Counted from the stretch's first letter, positions 1 through 15,133 are shown. The stretch is 64,000 bases of DNA from Podarcis liolepis (GCA_965112155.1 OZ218100.1); one strand, 5' to 3'. Notes: a model not told the origin generated them from the letters alone. Numbers and translations: made by a program.

Positions 1-1005
1 TCATTGTGCAATCAGTGCTGCTCATGCATGCATCATGCAGTTTTTAATCATCATCAAAATGCCAGCGCGTACTTCTTCTTCTTCTTCTTTTAGATTTAAT
101 CCCTTTTGCTCTACTGTGGAAAATTGGGTGCATAACGATAGCCCATTCTACATCTGCAACATTGCCAATATAAAAACTCATTAGCTATTGGGCTATGCGG
201 GTTGGTGGCGGTGGCATTCTGCCACATGTGCAAAGACATTTCTGTGGGTGGCCTCTCACACCGCACAGCAACTTCCATTTTCTCCTCTCTTAGGTACAAT
301 ATGGCCATTTTATTTCTGGAGGCCCAAATGATACCATGTGTGCCTATTTCCACCGTTTGCAGGATGGGGACAGCATCTCCAGATTTTAGCAACCTGGTTA
401 GGAGAGTGCTCTCTCTCAAGATTTCCACAACAGTACATCTAAGGGCTTACCCTAGAGACTGTAATCATCAGGCTTTAAAAAATATTATTATGTATTAATT
501 TGTGGGTTGCCTTTTACATGATTTACAAACATACAACTAAAAAGGCTAAAAATAACAGCACAAAAAAATTAAGATAGGATCAATACACAGTACTGCTTCA
601 TTGCACTTCTGTGAGCCTTTGCCAGATAACTATCACTCTTTTACAAGACCCCAATATTAAAAAAATTAAAATGGGCATTTCCCCCTCCATTTTGCCCATT
701 ATGAAGCGTTATAAGTAACAGAGCAATGTAACCCCCGTTGTCTGAGTTTGTCAAGAGCTGGGGCACAGCAGTGGGGGCAGAAGTGGAGTGTGGTGCTGTG
801 GGCCTGGAAGTGGCAATTCCCATTTTGCTTTGGGCGGTGAGATGGGGTGGGCTGCCCTTGCACCAGACAACACTTCAGCCCCACAAGAACCATTGTTTTA
901 GGAATCTCCGTTGTTCTAAAATGTGTCACCAACCACTTGAGGGTTTTTGAACAAGTGCCAATGGGCACCACCTTCTTTTAGTCCTTTCTCTCCTCAGCTC
1001 AAAAA

Positions 1006-1358
1006 GGGACACGGGTGGCTCTGTGGGTTAAACCACTGAGCCTAGGGCTTGCCGATCAGAAGGTTGGCGGTTCGAATCCCCACGACGGGGTGAGCTCCCG
1101 TTGCTTGGTCCCTGCTCCTGCCAAGCTAGCAGTTCGAAAGCACATCAAAGTGCAAGTAGATAAATAGGTACCGCTCCGGCGGGAAGGTAAACGGCGCTTC
1201 CATGCACTGCTCTGGTTCGCCAGAAGCGGCTTAGTCATGCTGGCCACATGACCCGGAAGCTGTACACTGGCTCCCTTGGCCAATAAAGCGAGATGAGCGC
1301 CGCAACCCCAGAGTTGGCCATGACTGGACCTAATGGTCAGGGGTCCCTTTACTTTTTA
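1006..1358 (+). mobile_element. Sauria SINE, full length
   Basis: tRNA-like head with B box (GGTTCGAATCC), Sauria core, CCCTTTAC tail; 14-bp TSD ctcctcagctcaaa at 990-1003 and 1359-1372. Confidence 0.9.
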
Positions 1359-3298
1359 CTCCTCAGCTCAAATCAGCCTTCCTTTTCCCAAGAGACAGAA
1401 AGTGTGTGTCACTCTTCCAGCTTCTTCCTTCAGCTCCATATACTTCTCAAGGGTGAAAAAGATTATCATCCATGCCACCTCATGACCATGGTGGCAGTTG
1501 GTGGTGACTCAGAAGTTTTGTGGGCACCAGGAGAAGATCTCAAGGGCACCATTGCCTCCAAAACCACTGTGTCTTCCTTATAGATGTATGTTAATACATA
1601 ATATATAAATGTAACTTCTCATCCCAATGGCTTATAGTAAGACTCCAGTTTATTCAATTCCATGAATATGTGCCATTTCATGTGGCAATAGTGTTGTGCA
1701 GAAATAAATTCACTTTTTTTTAGCAACATGTTTTTTGTCGCTTTATCAGTCCAACCCAATCTGAGAATAGTTGAAGGCACCACTATTTCCATCTTTAGAT
1801 GTTTCTATTATTTTTATTTCTATTATTTTTTCCTATTGCCTTTTCATCTCTTCTGCTTTCTGTGTCTGTTCCACTGATTTAAAATCAATGTTCATGATAG
1901 TTTTTTTGATGCTATCCTCACAGAAGCCAAGAGAACTAAACTAAAATTTAAAAGTCTAAACAACAAAATCTTGAAGCATCTCAAAGGACTATTATGGTGT
2001 AATCTTTATGTGCAAGCAGAAATATTACGCCGTGATAAATGTGTTAGCCTGCAAGATGTGACACAACTTTTTCTTTGCGGCAACAGACTAACATGGCTAC
2101 CACTCTGTAAATTAAAGTCTAGCACTTCAGCTTAACTGGGTTTAAGATTTCCCTGTGTTCATGCAATTAAGTTACAAAGGCAACAACACAACTCTCATTC
2201 CTCACACCCTTTATTTATTTTTTTGAAAAAAGCTAAATTTTCATAAGGAAAATATACAGCGTTAAATAATTCATGTGTATCCTAAATGTTTTATGATATG
2301 ATTTTCAAGTTCTAATTGAAAAACCTTTTGCTGCCTTTCACACACAGAACTGTGCCAGAGAGTGGCACAGCTCAGGGGGATTCTAATGGGCCTCATAGCC
2401 TTTCAGTTCTAGGTCACTGATTTCAGATATGGGCTGGTAAAAGATTACTAAAGGGCACATTTCTGTTTTCTTGTGCACTGATAGCACACTTACAACGTGT
2501 ACGAGTCATCTGTCTGTAACTCTGAAGACTGAAGGGAAGAAAAGATGTATTATTTGTTTGGATTAAGATGGAACTATAAGAACTGCTATGCTAGGTAACC
2601 CCAATATTCTAGATAGAAGCCCCAGGACATGACGCTGCCATGCATTCTTTGTTGTTTGCGTTCTGTGAACATGGGGGCATTGATCGACCATTCAGTGCTT
2701 GAATGGCAAGAGATGCTTGAAGGCCTGGCTGAGCTCATTACTTTTTATTTTGTCATCCTTAGCATAGGTGCCAACCCCTAGGGGCTCAGCTCTTTTGGCC
2801 CCCAATTTCTTTTGGAGGGGAGGTCCCCGATGTTTTTAAAAAACCAGGGTGCAGAGGAAGCAAAGCACAGAGTCAAGCATGACAAGACTTCAGTGGCCAG
2901 CTACTTCTTCTCCTGCTGTTGCTGCGGAGGGGAAGGATGGGGGAAGCAACCCCTAGCTGATGGAGGAAAAGGAGGGTACTTAAGGAAGACTGGAAAACAT
3001 TTGTAGAATAGTTGAAGAATAATTGTGAACAGGCTAGAACGTTAGCAGGACTAGAGTAAATTCAGCAGTAAACATTCCGTTGAGATAAAATGAGGAAGGT
3101 GAAACATCGAGTAAATATATGCAGCAGTAAAGGGTAATCTGAAGGAATGATGGAATGGGGGAAGTCAATGTTTAATTTAATGTTTTGCTCTGTTTATGAG
3201 AATTATAAGTAAAATGTATAATAATAAAAAAGGAGGTCAGTCGTGGAGCCAAGTGCAGTCAGTGGCCGGCTGCTCCTCCTCCTCCTCCTCTTCCTGCT

Positions 3299-3365
3299 TA
3301 GAATCATAGAATAGAATCATAGAGTTGGAAGAGACCACAAGGGCCATCGAGTCCAAATCCCCAAC
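3299..3365 (-). mobile_element. CR1-type 3' tail fragment
   Basis: tagaatcatagaatagaatcatagagttggaagagacc. Confidence 0.6.
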
Positions 3366-6300
3366 CCCCTTGCTTGGTAAGGAAAAGACAGGGGAGCAGC
3401 CCCCAGATGTTGGTAGCAGCAGGAGGAGGCCGAGCACCAGAGAGGAGGAGCCACCAGCCCTTGAGGCTGCGCTAGCAACACATTCAGCTCTGCCACTGGT
3501 TCCTCCTGATGTCCTGACATTGCATGTGTGATGCGCGACATCACACATGCGACATTGCCCCCCCCATCTCCCTCTCTTGGTGCCTCTGCTCCTTAGCTAC
3601 TATTTTCAGAAAGTTTCAAGGGCACATAGGGTTGGGGAGGATGTTAGATCTCATTAATATATTTGCTGAGCCAAGCCCCTCCCCCACACCGAATAATTTG
3701 AGTACAGGACACAGTTGCCATGAATTTGTTTCATCCTTTTAAAAGGCCACATCATAAAATGGTTATGCTAATTTATCGTGACACTGACTTTATAAGTTAA
3801 TTATGCACAGTGAGAAGTACTTCCTTGTGATTTCCTGATCCTACTGTCAGGCTATTTAATTGCTTCTTAAATACTAATGTTTGCCAATGAGCGAGAAAGA
3901 GTCATTTCTTCATTTGTTTGATTTCTCTCCCCCACCCCCACCCCTTAATCAGATAAAGGAGAAAAAAAGGATTTTAACAACTTCATAAATTTATAACAAG
4001 GGGAAAAAACTCCCCTGTCATTTAATGCCCAACTTGTATCCGGCCCTAATGAAGTCAATATAAAGGTGTCTGTAACGTGAACAAAACAGTTTTGGTGCAC
4101 ATTTAGTTGGAATACCTCCTGCTTAATTATTTTCGGGAAAATGTTATGTGCAGTATTTGCATGTGTTTCTCAATGTTATGTGGGGTTTCTATATTATCTG
4201 AACTTCTGACCAACAGATAGCTCAGATAGATAGATATGTAAAATCTTGTTGAACCAAGGTAGTTCAGTGACCAAACCCAGATCTTTGTAACTACAGCTTG
4301 AACTTTCAATCACCTGATGAACTTTCCATTGTGTAATGATAGATGATTAGCAGGTGGATGACCCCACGTGTCAAAGGGGTCTGTGGAGATTTGGCCACTT
4401 CTGGATCTGCCCTCTTATTAGATCCACTTGCCCATACCTGAATTAGTTGAATCACTGATGATAGTTTATCAACAGTTGGTAGCAGAAGTAGATTTAGGGC
4501 AGCAAGACAGGTTCCCCCGCACAGGGAACAGAGGTCAAGGGAATGCCTTCCCACCTCTATTCCGAGATCTAGTAAGTGCTGGGCTTTGGGAAGGAGGTGC
4601 ATGGTTCTGACAGGGTCCTAAAGCCCTCCTTCCTCCTTCCCAAAGCCTAGTTAGTGCTTGCCCAGCTTTGGGAAGGAGGCATGAGGACTAAGACCCTGCT
4701 AGAGCCTTGTGCCTCCTTCCCAAATCCCAGTGTCCTCCCTTACTCGGCTTCAGGAAGGCATCACAAGGGCTGAGGGGGTGGGGCCTCACATTTTGGCCTG
4801 GTTGATAGCAATGATAGCTGAATCAAACTTATTTACTCAGACGTAGGGGTGGAGGAGAATTAATTTACTGAGAAACTACCTAATTCTATTGTTCATTTTG
4901 CAAACAACAAACAACAACAACCTAATTCACATTTCTTGAATCCATATGCGAACCAAATCACATTCTTTGAAATTTATCTGAATTTTGCAATGTAATTCTC
5001 AAATCAAATAATATGTACAAAATGCATATAATGGGGCAACATTGCATAAAACACATATATTTGTTACAAAACAGCATCATATTAGGGAATTTTTTTTGCA
5101 AAAATGTGTATATTGGTCAAAATGTCATATAAAATGTATACATTAGGAGAAATTCACATTGACATTTTTTCATAAGGTGTTTGTTTCTTTGTTTGAATGA
5201 AAATTGCTGCTGAAATGTGGAGATTTAAGTCTGGAAAAATGGGAAACATTGAGAACTGAAGTGGGCAGATTCTTCCGTCTCAGCAGAAAGAAGTGACTGA
5301 ATAACAGTTACTGGAACAAAAAAAATGGAGGAAGCATTATTGAATTCATGTCCTGTGCTTGTATGATTCCTGGAAACATATAGTTGGCTGCTGGATTAAA
5401 TATAACTTTAGCCTGATCTAGTAGAGTTCTTCTGAATGTATTTAGATGGCACTTCTTATTCCTTAAACGTGCATGAAAAATCTGTGAACAGAAAACAGGC
5501 TCTTGCACATAGCTGAAAATACAAAGAGTTGCTGTGAGATGTGAGGTTACATCAGGAGCCAAAGGTGCATACCTGATGCTTTGCATCATTCACTTGCTGC
5601 TTCAGCTCTCTGAGCAGCACTGTAAGCCTAAGGCAAAGGCCAGTCACCAGACCCAGGGCAGGTGCTTTTCTCCCTTGCTCTTTCTGCTTGCCTGGTTAGA
5701 GATGTCAAGACTGACAACATGAATCACATCTTCGAAGGGGGATGAGGAGGGTCTCCATTTGTGTTGCAACTGCACACACTATATTCTGCTCCACTCTCTG
5801 ATCTCTAGATCGAGACTTTGGCATTTGGAGTCCTACATGGCTGAAATACACAGGAGGTGGAACAGAAGCTTTAAAAACAAAGGATTGACGTTCCATTTCT
5901 CTCTTCTGCATTTTAGATGTTGGTGGTTGATTGAATATGCACACCAATTGTGAAACGTGGTGAGCATCAGAAATAATCGGTGCAAACAGCACAGCATTCA
6001 GAAACAGCAGGTGTGTGATCCGGCAGGTAAAACTCCTGAGCCATAGTTCACCTTCACCCCACAGCATCCAATGTTGTCCTTCCTTGAGCAAGTCACTGTA
6101 CTTCATGGGCGTTCCCTACAAATACAATGGGAATAAGGGCAGCCTACTTTGAAGGGTTGGTAATTATGATGCATATGGGGAAAACTGTTTTAGGATTTCT
6201 TAGAAAAGCAGTGGGAAAAGCTTAGTAAATAATGGTACCTGGCAGCAACCATTCCATCAGGCTAAAGTAGAGGGAAACAGAGCTACTCCACTGGCTCTGC

Positions 6301-7759
6301 TGAGAGAACTTTTGCCTCTTCCAGTTTACATTCCAGTTGCTCATTATCAGAACTTTGCAACTGAGAGGGCAATCCAAATTCTGACTGCTGACTGGTGAGG
6401 TGATACATAGCCCAGCGATGCACAATGGCCAGGGCAGCATTGAGGGTGGGTGGCAGGAGGACCATCACTGCCACCTTAAAACTGTTGCAACAACTAGGCC
6501 TGGACGAGACTTGCTGTTGTCACACAATGGCAGTTAAACCAGCTCAGAATCCAATGACTCTCAGGCTGGCTTAGTCCCTCCTGCTCCTGGCATACCTGGT
6601 TCTGCAACTTTAACCCACCTGCATGTTTGGCTGTGGCAGGGGAAGTGCTGCACTGAAGTGATACTTGTTTGTGTATTTTGGCCTGTGGGAGTCTGGATTG
6701 CTATGTAAGAATTAGTGTGCTTTTTACCTCCTCCCTCCCACTTACCTTTCCTTTTGTGTTGTGCATTTAGGTTGTAAACCTGAGGGCAGAAGATATCTTA
6801 TTATTGACCTTTGGAAGGCACTCTGGGACCCTTTCTGGGGATAGCAAAAGTGCTTCAGATAAATAAACCACAGAGAACTGAGAAATTAAAGCTTATGCTG
6901 AAGAGAACCATCTAAAAGTTCCATGGAAATATTTTAACAAATAAATTCCAGAGAGTTGACACAGTGCAGGTTCTTTCACATACCCTTACATTTTTTAAAT
7001 GGCATTTGTTGTCAAGCATTTCTCTCATAAGCATTTCACAAAGGAGTTTGCAGGATGATAAATTGATGTCCTTGGTAAAAGTGTGGGTTTAGAACAGTTT
7101 GCTGCTGTTGTGACGGCTTGAAAGATATTTTGTATTGATGATGTTTGAATTGTGTCACTTGTCACTTCTATTCATTTAACAAAGTCTTATTTTATCCTTA
7201 TTGTATTTTAAAGAGGAATTTTTTGGGGGGAGCTTTACATTGTGCAGGAGAGAGTGTAGGCTTTGACAGAGATGAGAGGAAGATACAGCCAGAAGGTTAT
7301 GTGTGCCTATTCTCCTTGAATTCTCTCAGGCACAGTAAGGTATCCTTCAGTGCTATCCCATTTCTCTTAATGAGTGTCCTTTAATACCAGGGGTTACTGA
7401 AAAGCTGAAGGAGCTGAGGAAACGATCCCCGTAGACAGAAGAAATGGGAAAATGAATACCTTTTGCTATTTATGCTTATTTTAATGTTCAGGGATAAATC
7501 ATCTTCCTGTGTCTCGATCCCTCAAAATGATGAAAAATTTATAGCTTGTGTATCTGCAATAGTTTTGATGTCAGGCATAATGTTACAAAATACTGAGAAA
7601 AGCATACATCAAAGCGGTACTTCACTCTGAGGTCTTTATCTGTTGCTTCTTCATGCCATTTGATATAGCAGCATCTTTTCAAGGCAGTGCCAGATTTAGG
7701 GCGGTACGGGTGGTTCCCCCCCACAGGGTGCTAAGCTGAGGGGGCACTAAATAAAATAT

Positions 7760-7778
7760 AATAATAATAGTAATAATA

Positions 7779-7828
<50 letters not shown>
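7760..7828. repeat. (AAT)n microsatellite
   Basis: Seen directly. Confidence 0.95.
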
Positions 7829-7830
<2 letters not shown>

Positions 7831-10800
7831 CTATATTTATATGGCTCCCTACTGAGAAGATCCATTAAAGAAGCAACTGTACCAAAATGAATTATTTAAT
7901 TTTTGTCCTCACTTAAGGCACCATATTACTATATTATTGGAAGTGCAAACATTTCCAGTTCTGTATATGGGCCTCAGGGCTGTATTCAAACAAGTTTTTT
8001 TGAGGGGGGAGCCACATCCAGCAGCCAGTAGTATTTATGAAGTGTTCTTATCCTCCACGCAGACACCCCCTGTGTCCTTTTTGTAGGTGAGGAACTAATA
8101 CCCTTACTACCCCCTCCCATCAAGAATGAGGGCTGTGCTCATTTCTGCAAAATTTAGGATCCTTTGCTGAGAGACATATAAATGTTACCATTTCTTTCTT
8201 TCTAAAATAGTATAATATTTTTGGATGTCTGTTATTATTGCTGCTGGAGTTTTTTTTAGTTTTTTTTAAAGGGAGGTTGCCTACTGGGACGTTATTAGAC
8301 ATGGCAAATTGTAACCTTTATGAGCAAAAAAAAAGCCGCTGTAAGTGTATATTTATAAATTCTAAATGCACAGGGGTTTTTGTTTTGTTTTTTGTTTTAA
8401 AAAACATATTTAGCAGAGAAATGTGTTAAATAGTAAAATATGGGTGTTTCTGCCCAGTGGATTATGACATATTTTCTTTGCGCTTTTGAGAAGAAATACA
8501 TTTTAAGATTATGATTTCTTTGACACAGACCTTCAGCACCACTGGAGATAATTACTGTTCAAAGATGGATTTCCCCTTCCTGCCATGATGAGCCTTTTCT
8601 TTTAGAAAATCCAGATGGCAAAATGCAGCAAAGCTCTATATCAAATATAAAACAAAGAGAAATACTCAATTGCAAACGCTTTCGCCTACCCTGTCACAGA
8701 ATTCTACATTTTACTGCTTGGGCAACACACACAATTTTCTAATATAAAACATCAAGCTGAAGGAAGATATTCAGTATCAAAGTATGAAAGTAAATGATAG
8801 CTCACAATACATCCTAGGAACCAGTTTTTTCTGCTGCCACCAATGTCTTCTCCTCCCCACCCCCCTCTGTTAGCATCTCTAGATATAAATTTAGAATATT
8901 TAGCATAAAATGTCAGCCCTTACTTCCCTCCCTTTTGCCATAGTTTCAAAACACTCTGCTTTGCAAAACAAGAATCTGCCTCGAAGAAGAAGGACTAGGC
9001 AGTAGGAATGCTCCAACAGAGGTGTATTCAGACCTTCAGCGGGAAGAAACAGCCCATCACCCTCCGTTTGGGAATCCGAAAAACAACCCAGTGAGGACTG
9101 GGAGTATTCCGTTTCCATGGAATGGAAGAATATATGGGAAAGGGGATAGAACAGAGCATGGCTGACTGATGGAAACACCAAACAGGAATATTCCACACTG
9201 CAACGTATTGCTGTAGGCCTCATCTCTAGTTAGAATTGGCAACAACACAGTTTTGTTATCAACTTCTGGGTGGCATCTCAATGGAAAGCAAGACTGTAAC
9301 TTCTGTCTTGCAGATTTGCAAGCAACTTCCATGCCTGAATGAGCACAGGCTTTTGGAGGCCAAGCTGTTAGATGCAAGGCTTCTCAGTTTGATGAGTGTA
9401 ACCTTAGCGGAGCCAGAAGTCTGAGTGGGGGAAAAAAATGTTTCTGGGTCAAATCGAAATGTATTATTCATTCCCTCTGTGCATTATTCTTGCTGTCAGG
9501 GAATAGAAGGCCCTGGAGGTGGAATGAGATGACAAGAAAATCATAGAGAGTCTCAGATGCACTCCAGAGAGTGCTGCCAGATGTTTTATGTAGAAGATAG
9601 TTAAATCACAGCTGCATCTAACTAGAGCACATGGGGACTGCTCATCTTTTGCAGCATAGAAGCAGCTATGGCATTATTGAGACCAAAGGGACGATATTTT
9701 CTGCTTCTGGACGGTGATTTATTGAGTCTTTCTGGCTTTCACGAGACAGTATGAACAGTAGTCTTGCATGCATGAGCTCACACACAGAGCAACTATACCA
9801 TCTTATGCAAAAATAACAGTATATATGTCAACATTTTAATGGAACCATAATGGAGGACCTCTGGGTTTCAATGTGAATCTCTGATTTTCAATTAATATGC
9901 AGTTATGCCTTGTTAAACATTTCTTCCCCCCACCCCTTTCTACTAATTAGGTATGGTGAAATTTCAGTCCTGGGGGACATGGCATGAGGATGGTGTATCA
10001 GGAAATCCAGTTGGCAGGCTTTCATGTTTTAAATAAGCTTTTCTGATTTCACGCTGTATCTGAAAATGCTGTGTACTAGTGGAAGGAATCCAGATAGTGA
10101 TAAAATTATTATCAATGTGAAACTAGGTAATCTTATTTCTTTTAAAAGTCTGCAGAATGGCTAACTCAATGGGGCAGAAGATTCAGTTAACAATGGTATG
10201 AATACTTACTTTTAGTAACAATGCGGGTTTTTTTTAAAGTTAACAAAGGGAGTGGCAAATGACAGTGATATAAAAAATAGCTGTCAGCAACATAATGTTA
10301 AAAATCTGAGAGAGCTGTTATTGTAGAACTCAATAACACACCATAAAGGGTGCAAAAAATAGGCAGTTAAAAAATGAATAATGCAAAATTCTCTGAGAGC
10401 CAAATTCTTTTATTTACTGACAGTGCAATCCTATACACATCAACTCTTGAGTAAGACCCATTGAGTGTATATAGGATTGCAGCCTTCAAGTTTCAATTAA
10501 TAAACACTGTGAAGTACCTCTATTATAACTCTCCTCCATGCTACTTGCTTGTTCACCTAACTGCCATTCTTCATGCTGTAGTTGGTGTTGCCTCCTGTTG
10601 ACAACCATGTGAACTGCAGCATGACAACAGCCTTACATTTTTCTGTATATAGGAAAACAATTTGAATTCTATGGAATTACAATTGCCACAACAGGCAGAA
10701 CAATTCTGCCATGACCCTCAGCATTTTCCAACTGGTCCAGGGGGAGGGGAGTTAGGGAAGCACTGGAATCGAGATTAGCCTCTGAGAATATGGAGGTTGG

Positions 10801-11544
10801 GTCCTTACATGGGGAAAGTGCTGAAAACCAGAGCAAAGTTGGATATTATTTACGCAATCTGTGCAGGAACCAATGGGCAGGGTTGTTGCTTCGCCGCTGT
10901 GCTTGGTCTCATTACTGAGAACGGTTCAAGAAAGCGAGCAATTTTCCTACCGCATGAAGGAAATTGCCACCTTCAGAATTACGCACTTTACAATAGGGAA
11001 AATGCCTACACTGTTTCACCCTTTCCATAAGTGGCAGTTACTAGCGTCAACAGATGTATTTGAGAAAAGCACACAGAAGGCCTCTAATTGATAGGTACCG
11101 CACTCACAGCTGCAACATAACTCTTCCCTGTTTGCACTGTGGTCTGCTTTACTTTTAGGCTTTGGCTTAGCTGCAGCTGGCCTTTTTGATGCATTGCTTC
11201 TCAACGCCATACCTTTCTTCCTGATGAGCTGAACTGCTGTGACTGGAAAATCTTCCTGTGGGGGGCTGCTGATAACCTTGAATTGCATGCAAGGGGGCAG
11301 AACACACATGCTTACTTCTGGCCTAGACAGATTGAAGCCTGCTCAAAAATAGTGACAGCCTGGAAGTGCCCTCAAAGACTACATCAGCTTCTGATTTCCT
11401 ACTCATTCCTGCTAAGTCTCCAAATGCTCTTTCCTCAGAAGGAAACTGACCCTGCAACACCCATTCTGCTCTGAGAATGCATAGCATGAAACAACAGAAG
11501 AGGTGTGATGCTACCAGGCCGACTAGTTATTCACAGCTTTTGAT

Positions 11545-12010
11545 ACTCTAAGGTTTGTTGTTGGCATCTGTCTGTGTGCCTCCAGGAGTGAAGTCAAACT
11601 GCTGTGTTAGCTGCACCAACATGACCTCCTCAGGATGCAAGCCGGGACAGCGTGTATGGAAGAAGTCCTGGGTGGCCCAAATGACAGTATTCCCCTCTTA
11701 GCCTCGCTGATCGTGGTCCAAAGGAAAGCAGAACAATATGTTTGGCACCAGCTTGGCTGCAGGAGTTGCCAGGAGGCGGCTTACAAGGCGTCATCCAACT
11801 GTCTTAGGGACTCCACTCTGGATTTGTGTAGGGTTTACTCCTTAGCCTTTTCTTCTCTCGAAGAGGTTTAGACCAGAGTTTTCCTTCTCCTAGATGGGCT
11901 ACCTTCCCAGGTTGACAAGCTCCATCTGCCCCTCACTTCCTTCTACAGCACATGCAGAAACCACCTTCTTGACTGTTGGACACACTATTGGTCTCATCCG
12001 CTCAGTGGTT
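11545..12010. mobile_element. Dispersed repeat, RTE/Vingi-like LINE derivative (second copy at about 40290-40935)
   Basis: Shared blocks gtgaagtcaaactgctg, cagcttggctgcagga and ccttctcctagatgggctacc; family assignment is inference. Confidence 0.6.
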
Positions 12011-13466
12011 AATGCTTGATGGCACAGAAGAATCTAGCCTACTGGAAACATAACTCTCCCATATTGACCACAGCAGGTGCTGCAACCCTACATCAGTTTG
12101 ACTCCACCCCTCCATTGCCTCCAGAGACAGACGGATGCCAACAAAGGCAGAAAGGAAAAATGTGCCTGAATTACTCTGCCCACTTTTGCCTCTTTCTCCA
12201 CCCACCAAGTGACCCTTGGAAGGCTACACAGAAGGGAATGTGGCTCTTTGGATGGAAAAGCTTCCCCATCCCTGGACTAGAGTGAGATGGCAGAATCAGG
12301 TGGGCTGCAAGAGAGATGAGAGCTGTCTCTTGTCTCTCGGAGTCCCAATACACCATCTTTCCCACTGTGGCAGATGGAGCCGGAGAAGATTCTGGGAGGC
12401 GGGGGAGAAAAGTTGACAATTTTTGCAACACAAGTGTGTATTTTTGGATTTACTGTCAGCACAAGCTCCTTTCACTTCTACTCAAGAAATGACTATGAGC
12501 CAACATAATCTGACTAAGATGCACAGTACCAAAGTATGAGGCTAAAAAGTGTAATAACGTACAATATTCTCGGTACGCTTAGCCAAATAGCATCCCCTAA
12601 TGACCCTCTGCTCAGTTCTTTGATCAGATGCCTGTTTAAAGAGCCTAAGACAGACAAATCAGCCATATTTCTGAAGGTAACAGCTGTTAATATCCCAATA
12701 CATATGGCCATCTTTCAGAATGGCAGCTTCTCTGGGTTTTTTCAGCCTATCCTTCAACCCTTGGTGGCTTCTGTCCCCCTTCTCAAATATTTTTGTATCT
12801 ATCTTGGACTAGGTTCTGTTTCCAGTTTGCAGCTGAATGCAGGGTGGCTGACATCGAGGTCTTTCTTGGAGGGGGAACGACGACTATGACACATGCTGAA
12901 ATGAGCTTGTCTGATGAGATTACTTCCAATCTAGATGTGAAGACAGCTTCTAAAACTGCATTGTTCCTTCACATGCTGTAAGAATACAGGACTCATTTGT
13001 ATCCGTAAAAAAACTGCATAGTAACAGAGAGTATATGTTTGTGCTCTGCTTGCAGATAAAATTTGCTACTTGTACATTAAAAGAAAATCTTTAAGGGTGG
13101 TTATTTGTCTCCCTGCCCTCCCAACAGATTATTTTGCAGGTCCACCTTGTAAAATTTAGGCCGCATCCACACCATACATTTAAAGACATTTCCTCCCACC
13201 CAAAACAATCCCGGGAACTATAGCTTGTTATGGATGCTGGGAATTGTAGCTTCGGGAGAGGCAATTAGCAGGATTCTTTGGGGAGCCTGTGCTCACTCTC
13301 CAGTATGGACTATTGGGGATCAAAATGGGTGATGGCATAACTTTGTATTTAAGAGAGACCCACATTCAGATTCTTAACTGAGCAATGGGAAGTTGGGTAA
13401 TCTATTTTCTAGGAGATGTTCAAGGAGCAAAAGTGAGCTGGTATCTTCTGTGGGTGTTTGAAATAT

Positions 13467-13650
13467 CTGTGTACACACTATACCTTTAAAGCTCATTCAA
13501 ATCCCATTCCTTCCCACAAAGAATTCTGGGCACTGTAGTTTATCCCTTCAAAGAATTACAATTGCCAGCAACCCTTAACAAACTACAGTGCCCAGAATTC
13601 TTGAAGGGTTTCTCACTCATGTGTTCTAAAGGTATACTGTGTACACAGCC
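13467..13650. mobile_element. Palindromic MITE
   Basis: ctgtgtacac termini; internal gaattctgggcactgtagttt / aaactacagtgcccagaattc inverted pair. Confidence 0.65.
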
Positions 13651-15131
13651 ATAGGATATCCTGCCTTGGGGCAACCGGATGACCTGCTATATTCTTCCTT
13701 TCAGATCTAGGATGCTTTTTCTTCTTTTTTATTGCACATATATATCCCATCACAATGACAACAGAGGTAGATATTTTGATTCCAAATACAAACTTATCCT
13801 AGTATATAGCAAAGCTCTTGGGCACCATATTGTTTTATTCCTTATCTTTTCTTAGCAGTAGGGACAGCCCAGGTTTCAGACATGTCTCCTGCTTCCAGGG
13901 CTTATGCTTATCAGTGGGCTGCAATGTTGCCAGATAAGACAATACAATTACCTCTGAAATATTTTGATTATTCTTAGTTCTTTTTTGTAAAGCCAAAGTA
14001 ACTTATTTTAAAATAAAGCTGCAAGGGCTCATGGGCTGATTTACACAACACTTGGCTTCTGTGGGGGAGAATAATATAATGGTTGGAAATCGGTTTGCAT
14101 ACTTGGGTGTGCTATAGTTGGGAATGAGAAAGATGCAAAGAGGATCAAAGGGTGGGATTTGCATTATTACAAGGCAAAGCTGAATGAGGAGCAGATATGA
14201 ATTTGCATGGGGAGGCTCAAGATTCAAAGTAGATTAGCCTAAAGCAGTGTGCACACAGTCATGCAGCATTCTGCTTTTTTAAAAAAATATTTGTTTGTTT
14301 ATTTATTTATTTGTTAATTAATTAATTCATTCATTCATTAATTGCACAGGCTTGAATTTTGTAGTAAGAGTGTTATCTCCATATAAACTTTGCATTTTTC
14401 TTCCAGTTCCTTGTATTTCGGAGTCCATTCTGAACGCTGCCATCTTTGGGTAAATAAACTTTGGTTTTTAATCTTTTTGAACATTAATTGGCCAGTTTAA
14501 AAGTTTGGAAGTTTGGAAGACATTTTGATATTGCCTAACAGAAATGTTTCTGGGATCACTCGTAAAGTATAGCAAGTATTTTGGGTAATGATATATATGA
14601 CTTCTTGAAACCAGTCCTATTGATTGATTGATTGCATTAGCTGTAGATAGCAATTGCAGTTACATCTATTACAATTACATCACCTCTGAGCTGTTTTCTG
14701 GATACACAGCAAATTACAGCCGGTACTTTCTTGTATTATCTAAAATACACTATTCCAGAATTTGTTTATTTTTTATTACACTTCCAGAAAAATTGCAAGT
14801 AATCTATGAATGATTCACTCCTCTAGCATTATATATATATATAATATTCTGGTTAATCTAATGACACCGCTGTTAAATTATCTCAAAGACATTCCCTTTG
14901 AGAATCTGATGTATATTTTTCAAATTATATCTGAAAAGTATATCTTGTGCTGTTTGTGTGTGTGCGCATTTATGAAGTAGTTGAACATCTGAAGCTGAGA
15001 CTGGCTGTGTTGATTGGCTGGCCTGCTGTGATACTTCTGAAACACCCCTCACCAAATATAGAGGGAGCAAATGTGGACATTTTTCATTTTAAATAATGAA
15101 GAAGGTGATGAATAAACAGATATACAGAAAG

Positions 15132-15133
<2 letters not shown>

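Noticed and set aside
10790-11310. Overlapping ORFs in a mildly CpG-rich segment
   Set aside because: No recognisable homology or convincing exon boundaries.
1-15000. 3' exons of AKAP7 (neighbour expected from mammalian synteny)
   Set aside because: No AKAP7-like coding sequence recognised in the window.
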